Source: an uncultured Halomonas sp. | GTDB lineage: Bacteria > Pseudomonadota > Gammaproteobacteria > Pseudomonadales > Halomonadaceae | NCBI GenBank assembly: GCA_964456005.1 | Contig: CAYWBG010000001.1 | Span: forward strand, 72-64,071 | Direction: 5' to 3' | DNA length: 64,000 nt | Shown here: piece after piece, positions 57,679 to 64,000 of the stretch | Numbering within the stretch: position 1 is the stretch's first letter | How the letters are laid out: each line of letters begins with the position of its first letter | The notes under the pieces: model-generated | What the model was told of the DNA's origin: nothing | The model's database searches: none | Seen by the model: the letters and a program-made list of their open reading frames with translations, nothing else | Program-made: the position numbers and the translations under genes

Positions 57679-59316
57679 CTACGCGAGATGCAGGAGCATC
57701 GTCTCCGGCGCCTCCAGATAGCCCTTCCAGGCATTGCAGAAGCGCGCGATGGTGCCGCCGTCGATGATGCGGTGGTCGCCGGCCCAGGTGACGGTCATGA
57801 TCGCCCGCTTGACCACGCGGTCCTCGGCGTCGAAGCGCGGCAGCCACTGGGTCTTGCCGATGGCGACGATGGCCACCTCCGGCGCATTGATGATCGGCGC
57901 GGCATAGGTGCCGCCCATGGCGCCGATATTGGAGATGCTGATGGTACCGCCCTTGAGGTCCGCCTGGCTCACCTTGCCGGCGCGAGCCTCCTCGGTGAGG
58001 CGCGCCACCTCAGCCGCCACCTCGAGCAGGCTCAGCCCCTCCACTCCCTTGACGTTGGGCACCAGCAGGCCGGCGCGACTGTCCACCGCCATGCCCACGT
58101 TGACCGAAGGCAGGTAGTGGATCTCGCTGACGTCGTCGTTGAGGCGCGCATTCAGAATCGGCGCCTCGCGCACCGCCAGGGCCATGGCCTTCATGAAGAA
58201 GGGCATCAGCGTCAGCCGGGTCTCCTCGGCAGCCGCCAGCGGCTTCAACCGCTCGCGCAGCGCCAGCAGGTCGGTGACATCGATCTCCTCGCCGTACTGA
58301 AAGTGGGGGATCGTGGTGGCGGCCTCCACCATGCGCTTGGCCATGACGGCACGCACGCCGCGCAGGGGTTCGACGCGCACCTCCTGCTCGACCGGCCGGG
58401 ACACCCCTGCCGATGTGGATGACGACGGCGCGGCCTGTCGTTGCGCTTCGCTCCCCTGCTCCAGATGGCGAAGCACGTCCTCCTTGAGGACTCGCCCTTG
58501 TTTGCCTGACCCAGGCACCTCGTCCAGCGCCACTCCGTGCTCGCGCAGCAGCCGCCTCACCGCGGGTGCCGCGGGAATGCGGCCGTAGGGGCCGCGGCGT
58601 GGCTCATCGGCCTCGGCTGGCGTAGGAACGGGGCGGGAGGCGTCACCGGAAGAAGACCGGGTAGCGGTCGCAGGTGACGCGCTCCGAGTCGGCGCTGCCT
58701 CAGCAGCGGACGCCTCTTCACCCTCCGGCACATAGGCATAGAGCGGCGAATGCACCCGGGCGATCTTGCCCTGGGCCACGTGCAGCCGACTTACCACACC
58801 GGCCTCGGGGGCAGTGATCTCGACCAGCGCCTTGTCGGTCATGACATCAACCACCGGCTGGTCCTCCTCGATGGCCTCTCCCTCGGCCACACGCCACTCC
58901 ACTACCTCGCACTCGACAATGCCCTCACCGATATCCGGCAGGATAAAGTCCCTGGCCGTGGCGGCCGGTTCACTCGAGGCTGCGGCGGACGCTTGAGCGG
59001 GCCGGGCCGGTGACTCGGCCGTTGCCGTCGAGGTCTCCTGTGAGGAAGAGGTCACATCGCCGCCCTGGCCCTTGGCTTCACCCTTGACCTCATAGGCAAA
59101 CAGCGGCGCATGGACCTTGGCAATCTCGCCCTTGTCCACGTAGAGCCGGGTCACCCGCCCCGCCTCGGGGGCGGTGATCTCGACCAGCGCCTTGTCGGTC
59201 ATGACCTCGACCACCGGCTGGTCCTCCTCGATCACGTCGCCCTCGGCCACGTGCCACTCCACCACCTCGCACTCCACGATACCTTCTCCGATATCGGGCA
59301 GCATGAAATCGCTCAT
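57679..59316 (-). CDS. bkdB: Branched-chain 2-oxoacid dehydrogenase E2 (two lipoyl domains)
   Basis: Two MTDKA lipoyl motifs, E3-binding PAVRRL.RE...GSGK.GRVLKED, catalytic DHRIIDG. Confidence 0.9.
   Translation of the reverse strand: MSDFMLPDIGEGIVECEVVEWHVAEGDVIEEDQPVVEVMTDKALVEITAPEAGRVTRLYVDKGEIAKVHAPLFAYEVKGEAKGQGGDVTSSSQETSTATAESPARPAQASAAASSEPAATARDFILPDIGEGIVECEVVEWRVAEGEAIEEDQPVVDVMTDKALVEITAPEAGVVSRLHVAQGKIARVHSPLYAYVPEGEEASAAEAAPTRSASPATATRSSSGDASRPVPTPAEADEPRRGPYGRIPAAPAVRRLLREHGVALDEVPGSGKQGRVLKEDVLRHLEQGSEAQRQAAPSSSTSAGVSRPVEQEVRVEPLRGVRAVMAKRMVEAATTIPHFQYGEEIDVTDLLALRERLKPLAAAEETRLTLMPFFMKAMALAVREAPILNARLNDDVSEIHYLPSVNVGMAVDSRAGLLVPNVKGVEGLSLLEVAAEVARLTEEARAGKVSQADLKGGTISISNIGAMGGTYAAPIINAPEVAIVAIGKTQWLPRFDAEDRVVKRAIMTVTWAGDHRIIDGGTIARFCNAWKGYLEAPETMLLHLA
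58799..59310 (-). repeat. Intragenic direct repeat of the two lipoyl domains (58799-58950 and 59159-59310)
   Basis: Near-identical copies 360 bp apart, e.g. GTGATCTCGACCAGCGCCTTGTCGGTCATGAC in both. Confidence 0.88.
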
Positions 59317-59363
59317 CTTGCTGTCTCCTGTCTGTCCTGGCTCGCGGCGGATGCCCTGGGGCA

Positions 59364-60341
59364 TCAGAACGCCACGCTGGCCTTGATCGCTTCGAATATC
59401 TTGAGGTGGTCCGGCAGGTACTCCTTCTCCAGCGCAAGCGGGAAGGGCGTATCCAGGCCGGCCACCCGAGCGATGGGCGATTCCAGATAGAGAAAGCAGC
59501 GCTCCTGAACGGTAGCGGCGATCTCGCCGGCGAAGCCACCGGTCAGCGGTGCCTCGTGGGTGATCACCAGGCGGCCGGTCTTGAGCACCGACTCGGCCAC
59601 GGTGTCCTCATCCCAGGGAAGGATCGAGCGCAGGTCGATCACCTCGCAGGAGATCCCCTCCTTCTCGGCCAACTCCACGGCCCGTTCGATTACCTCCATC
59701 TGCGCCCCCCAGCCGAGCACGGTGATGTCGGTGCCCTCGCGGGTCACCTCGGCTTCACCGATGGGCAGCTGATAGTCCTCCTCGGGCACCTCCCCGGTAG
59801 AGGCGCGATAGAGGCGCTTGGGCTCGAAGAACAGCACCGGGTCAGGGTCGCGGATCGCCGACAGCAGCAGGCCCTTGGCCTGATAGGGATTGCGCGGCAC
59901 CACGACCTTGAGGCCCGGGGTGTGCGCAAAATAGGCCTCCGGGGACTGAGAGTGATAGAGCCCCCCGGCGATACCTCCGCCATAGGGCGCCCGAATGGTC
60001 AGGCCACCGACGTTGAACAGGTCGCCGGAACGGTAGCGGAACTTGGCCGTCTCGTTGACGATCTGGTCGAAGGCCGGAAAGATGTAGTCGGCAAACTGGA
60101 TCTCCGCCACCGGCACTGACCCCTGGGCCGCCAGGCCGTTGGCGAAGCCGATGATGCCCTGCTCCACCAGCGGGGTGTTGAAGCAGCGCGCCTTCCCATA
60201 CTTTTCCTGCAGGTGGCTGGTGGCACGAAAGACGCCACCGAAGACGCCCACGTCCTCGCCGAAGCAGAGCACCTTGTCATCTTCCGCCATGGCGATGTCC
60301 AGGGCGTGGTTAATGGCCTGCAGCATATTCATGTTAGGCAT
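59364..60341 (-). CDS. bkdA2: Branched-chain 2-oxoacid dehydrogenase E1 beta
   Basis: [45 protein letters not shown]. Confidence 0.93.
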   Translation of the reverse strand: MPNMNMLQAINHALDIAMAEDDKVLCFGEDVGVFGGVFRATSHLQEKYGKARCFNTPLVEQGIIGFANGLAAQGSVPVAEIQFADYIFPAFDQIVNETAKFRYRSGDLFNVGGLTIRAPYGGGIAGGLYHSQSPEAYFAHTPGLKVVVPRNPYQAKGLLLSAIRDPDPVLFFEPKRLYRASTGEVPEEDYQLPIGEAEVTREGTDITVLGWGAQMEVIERAVELAEKEGISCEVIDLRSILPWDEDTVAESVLKTGRLVITHEAPLTGGFAGEIAATVQERCFLYLESPIARVAGLDTPFPLALEKEYLPDHLKIFEAIKASVAF

Positions 60342-60342
60342 C

Positions 60343-61551
60343 TCACTCCCCTCCCTGGTTGTCGTCGCTGGCCTTAACATCCGGGTCCAGGGAGCGCGCG
60401 CCCTTCGAGTAGGCCTCCGGGTACTGGCGGATATGCGTCTTGAGCCGGTCGAGCTGGCGCTGCAGCGCCGGGGTGACGTCGGCATAGACATCCGTGACCA
60501 GGCTGTCCAGCGGGGGCGGCGGACGCTTCTCGGCACGCTTCATGGTCTCGAGCACCTCTCGACGCAGCGATTCCTGTAGCGACTTCTCCTCTTCGTCGTT
60601 CCACCAGCCCCGGGCCACTAGCCATTGCTGCATGCGCAGAAGCGGATCCTTCTCGCGCCAGGCCTCTTCCTCATTCTTCGAACGATAGCCGGAGGGGTCG
60701 TCCGAGGAGGAGTGAGCGGCGAGGCGATAGGTCATCGCCTCGATGAGCACCGGCTTATTCTCCTCCACGGCGATGCGGCGCGCCTTACGGGTCGCCGCCA
60801 GCACCGCCAGGATGTCATTGCCGTCGACGCGGATCACGTGCATGCGGTAGCCGAAGGCCCGCGGTGCCACGCCGTCGGCGGCGAACTGCTCGATGGAGGG
60901 GGTGGAGATCGCATAGCCGTTGTTGCGGCAGAAGAAGATCACCGGCACTTCATGCACCGCCGCCATGTTGAGGGCAGCATGGAAGTCACCCTCGGAGGCG
61001 GCTCCCTCGCCGAAGAAGCACAGGGTGCAGTGGCCGTCACCGGCCATCTTCTGACCGTAGGCGTAGCCGGCCGCCTGGGGAATCTGGGTGGCCAGTGGGG
61101 AGGAGATGGTCATGTAGTGGAGCTTGCGCGATCCATAGTGGATCGGCATCTGGCGGCCCTTGCCGTAGTCGAGTTCGTTGCCGAACAGCTGATTCATGAA
61201 CTCGTCGTAGCTGAATCCGCGATAGACCAGCGCGCCCTGCTCGCGGTACTGGGACATGATCATGTCGGCATCGTCCAATGCCGCTGCCGCCCCGATCACC
61301 GCCGCTTCCTCGCCGGTGCATTGCATATAGAAGGAGAGCCGTCCCTGACGCTGGGCGGCCATCATTCGCTCATCGAGCACCCGCGTGGCGATCATCGTGC
61401 GGTAGATCTTCAGCGCCTGGTCACGCTCGAGCGCCGGTGCTTCCGCACCGTCGTAGAGGGTGCCGTCCTGCCTGAGCAGGCGGAAGGTGGGAATCGAGAA
61501 CTCGTCACCGGCCAGGTAGTCCGGCGAATGGATATCTTGTGTCGTTGTCAT
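60343..61551 (-). CDS. bkdA1: Branched-chain 2-oxoacid dehydrogenase E1 alpha
   Basis: [32 protein letters not shown]...[17 protein letters not shown]. Confidence 0.93.
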   Translation of the reverse strand: MTTTQDIHSPDYLAGDEFSIPTFRLLRQDGTLYDGAEAPALERDQALKIYRTMIATRVLDERMMAAQRQGRLSFYMQCTGEEAAVIGAAAALDDADMIMSQYREQGALVYRGFSYDEFMNQLFGNELDYGKGRQMPIHYGSRKLHYMTISSPLATQIPQAAGYAYGQKMAGDGHCTLCFFGEGAASEGDFHAALNMAAVHEVPVIFFCRNNGYAISTPSIEQFAADGVAPRAFGYRMHVIRVDGNDILAVLAATRKARRIAVEENKPVLIEAMTYRLAAHSSSDDPSGYRSKNEEEAWREKDPLLRMQQWLVARGWWNDEEEKSLQESLRREVLETMKRAEKRPPPPLDSLVTDVYADVTPALQRQLDRLKTHIRQYPEAYSKGARSLDPDVKASDDNQGGE

Positions 61552-61643
61552 CTCTGGATCCTCTACCCCTTTTGAGGGCAGTGTTGTCGCTTGTTTCGCC
61601 CTTTGCCAGGAGGATTGCCCCTGGTGGGTCAACGCAACCCAGG

Positions 61644-61659
61644 CTGACGTTAACGTAAA
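61644..61659. promoter_or_regulatory. Candidate LiuR operator upstream of bkdA1
   Basis: CTGACGTTAACGTAAA matches the recalled LiuR palindrome TTTACGTwwACGTAAA. Confidence 0.7.
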
Positions 61660-61793
61660 ATGCGGGTCGACGCACCCTTCTCGCTAGTATTAGAAAAGAA
61701 TCTGGTGGATTCCTCTGCCGAGAACCCCAGCCACTGGTCGAGGTCAATTCCATACCGGTCCCTTGAGGCCGCCATTCCGGGAACCGCCACGCC

Positions 61794-62339
61794 ATGAAGA
61801 TACCGATACTGCCCCTGGTCACTCTCGCCGTGACCCTTGTCGCCGGCCCTGTCCAGGCCAGTGCCGACACCCTCCTCGACCACGACCTACGTCGCCTGCA
61901 TTCAAGCGAGGTGGTCAACCTCAAGGAGACGCTGGGCGGCTCCCCGCTGCTGCTGGTCAATACTGCCAGCCGCTGCGGCTACACAGGCCAGTTCGAGGGA
62001 CTCGAGACCCTGCATCAACGCTATGCCGACCAGGGGCTGAAGCTCGCCGGCTTCTCCTCCAACGACTTTAACCAGGAGATCGACGAAGAGGGGGCGGCAG
62101 AGGTGTGCTTCGTCAATTTCGGCGTGACGTTCGACATGTTCGCTCCCATTCAGGTCACCGGCGACGAGGCCCATCCGCTGTTCGCCGAGCTGGCACGGCA
62201 GAGCGAGGCGCCACGCTGGAACTTCACCAAGTATCTGGTGGACGCGTCGGGGCAGGTAGTCGCGCATTTCGGGTCTCGGGTTCGCCCGGAGTCGCGAGCG
62301 ATGAGAAGCGCTATCGAGCGTCTACTCTCGGATGGATAA
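61794..62339 (+). CDS. Cys-type glutathione peroxidase family protein with signal peptide
   Basis: VNTASRCGYT.QF, SNDF.QE, WNFTKYLV; N-terminal signal peptide ending ASA. Confidence 0.9.
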   Translation: MKIPILPLVTLAVTLVAGPVQASADTLLDHDLRRLHSSEVVNLKETLGGSPLLLVNTASRCGYTGQFEGLETLHQRYADQGLKLAGFSSNDFNQEIDEEGAAEVCFVNFGVTFDMFAPIQVTGDEAHPLFAELARQSEAPRWNFTKYLVDASGQVVAHFGSRVRPESRAMRSAIERLLSDG

Positions 62340-62342
62340 GCC

Positions 62343-63119
62343 TCAGCCCTGGCCTCGGCGCAGCAGCCGCTGGCAGCGCTCGAAAGCGCTGTCGACGGTG
62401 AGTGCCAGCAGGCCAATCAGCAGCGCCCCCTGCAACACATAGGCGGTGTTACCGTTGACGATGCCCGAAATGATGGGTGCGCCGAGGTTGCTCGCGCCCA
62501 CCGTGGCGCCCAGGGCGGCGGTGGCGATATTGATGGTGACCGAGGTGCGTATGCCGGCCAGGATCACCGGCGCTGCCAGGGGCAGCTCGACCTGGAGCAG
62601 CTGCCGGGTACTGCCCATCCCCATACCGCGGGCCGCCTCGAGTACCGCCGGGTCGATGCCCTCGAGACCGGCCAGGGTGTTGCGCACGATAGGCAAGAGG
62701 CCGTAGAGCAATAGCGCCACGATGATCGGCCAGGTGCCGAACCCCAACACCGGCACCGCCAGGGCGAGCACTGCCACCGGCGGAAACGTCTGCCCCATGG
62801 AGGCAGTCTGGGCCACCAGCGGAAGGAAGTCGCGGCCGCTGCGCCGCGTGACCAGCACCGCGGCCGCGACGCCGATGACCACCGCGAGCAGCGCGGCCAC
62901 GCTCACCACCAGCAGGTGCCGCCCCAGGAGCACCAGGAAATCGGCATGCGGGTAGATCACCTGCCGACTGCCCGGCTCGATCCAGCGAAACACTGGCTCG
63001 AGCGCCGTCATGCCGTAGGTCAGTGCCAGCAACAGGCCGCACCAAGCGAGCGGTACCCGCCAGAGGGTCCATGCCGAGCCGCCGGCCCACCGGGTCTTAA
63101 CGGCAGATTCACTCATCAT
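62343..63119 (-). CDS. Osmoprotectant ABC transporter permease (OsmW/YehW-like)
   Basis: GQTFPPVAVLALAVP..GFG, EAARGMGM...L.QVELPLA.PVILAGIR. Confidence 0.88.
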   Translation of the reverse strand: MMSESAVKTRWAGGSAWTLWRVPLAWCGLLLALTYGMTALEPVFRWIEPGSRQVIYPHADFLVLLGRHLLVVSVAALLAVVIGVAAAVLVTRRSGRDFLPLVAQTASMGQTFPPVAVLALAVPVLGFGTWPIIVALLLYGLLPIVRNTLAGLEGIDPAVLEAARGMGMGSTRQLLQVELPLAAPVILAGIRTSVTINIATAALGATVGASNLGAPIISGIVNGNTAYVLQGALLIGLLALTVDSAFERCQRLLRRGQG

Positions 63120-64000
63120 GCTTCACCCCGACCAGGCGGCGCAGCGTCAGCTCCCCCACCGGCATGTCCTCCTGATCGACCACCGTCAGGCGATCGGCAT
63201 GTTCACGGAACATCACCGCCAGCGCCTGACGCAGGGTGGCGTTGGCCTGGACACGCGCCTGGGAGAGTAGTCGCGGCGACAGTGGCAGCATGCGCTGACT
63301 GACCCGGGTCAGGGCGGCTTCCTTCAGGCCTCGGTCACCGCCGCCGAGCATGGAAGCCACGAAGTCGTCGACCGGATGACGCAACAGCTCCAGAGGGCTG
63401 CCCTGCTGAACGATTCGCCCGGCCTTCATCACCACCAGGCGATCGGCCAGGCCGAGGGCCTCGTCCATATCATGGGTGACGAAGACGATGGTCTTGTTGA
63501 GCCGCGACTGCAGGTCCCGCAGTTCCGCCTGAAGCGCCTCGCGGGTGATGGGATCCAGGGCGCCGAAGGGCTCGTCCATCAGCAGGATGTCCGGGTCGGC
63601 GGCCAGCGCCCTGGCCACCCCGACTCGCTGGGCCTGGCCGCCGGAGAGCTGGTGGGGATACTTGTCGGCAAAGCTCTCAACCGGAAGGCCCAGCAGGTCC
63701 ATCAGTTCCTCGACCCGTGACGCCACCCGCGGCGCCGGCCATTTAAGCAGTCTCGGCACCAGGCCGATGTTGCGGGCCACCGTCCAGTGGGGGAACAGGC
63801 CGGTGCTCTGGATCACGTAGCCGATGCGCCGCCGCAGGGTCTGTTCATCGAACTCCCTCACCTGGCGACCCTCCAGGTGGATCTCACCCTCGCTGTGCTC
63901 GATCAGCCGATTGATCATGCGCAGGGTGGTCGACTTGCCGCAGCCGGAGGTGCCCACCAGCGCACACAGCTCACCGGCCTCCACCCGCAGCGAGACCCGA
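63109..64000 (-). CDS. Osmoprotectant ABC transporter ATP-binding protein with CBS domain (OsmV/YehX-like), 5'-truncated by window edge
   Basis: GTSGCGKS, GYVIQ..GLFPH, LSGGQAQR, MDEPFGALDP; frame open to the window end. Confidence 0.9.
   Translation of the reverse strand, partial: RVSLRVEAGELCALVGTSGCGKSTTLRMINRLIEHSEGEIHLEGRQVREFDEQTLRRRIGYVIQSTGLFPHWTVARNIGLVPRLLKWPAPRVASRVEELMDLLGLPVESFADKYPHQLSGGQAQRVGVARALAADPDILLMDEPFGALDPITREALQAELRDLQSRLNKTIVFVTHDMDEALGLADRLVVMKAGRIVQQGSPLELLRHPVDDFVASMLGGGDRGLKEAALTRVSQRMLPLSPRLLSQARVQANATLRQALAVMFREHADRLTVVDQEDMPVGELTLRRLVGVKHDE

Noticed and set aside
1-64000. CRISPR arrays, IS elements, rRNA, defence or toxin systems
   Set aside because: No regularly spaced repeats, transposase or integrase motifs, rRNA-like sequence or recognisable defence genes were seen by eye.

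Overview
GC-rich gammaproteobacterial chromosome segment. Gene content and acidic secreted proteins suggest Halomonadaceae (inference). It is densely coding and mostly housekeeping: 3' end of a formate dehydrogenase operon, DUF1244-moaB-moeA, acpH, tusDCBE-yccA, tRNA-Ser(TGA), yaeQ, a K+/H+ antiporter, prpE, sohB, nudC-dnaQ-rnhA-gloB-mltD, yejABEF, rsuA, metY, SulP, an MCE/Mla-type ABC system, bkdA1A2B and an osmoprotectant ABC system. Two riboswitches are clear: preQ1-I before yhhQ and guanidine-II before gdx/sugE. Probable PrpR, LiuR and LysR operators are also visible. No integrase, transposase, prophage or CRISPR array was seen. The best candidate for an undescribed system is 42.2-55.6 kb. 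There a lower-GC, LysR-controlled cassette (D-glutamate-cyclase-family DUF1445, TRAP transporter, FAH-like DUF2848, an internally duplicated membrane protein and an Old Yellow Enzyme) sits between pxpABC 5-oxoprolinase and a second TRAP system resembling pyroglutamate binders. This suggests an extended catabolic route for D- or modified pyroglutamate-type lactams. A second candidate is a soluble Hanks-type Ser/Thr kinase with an unrecognised C-terminal domain, lying where the E3 gene of the bkd operon often sits. All assignments come from motif recognition by eye; no database searches were run.
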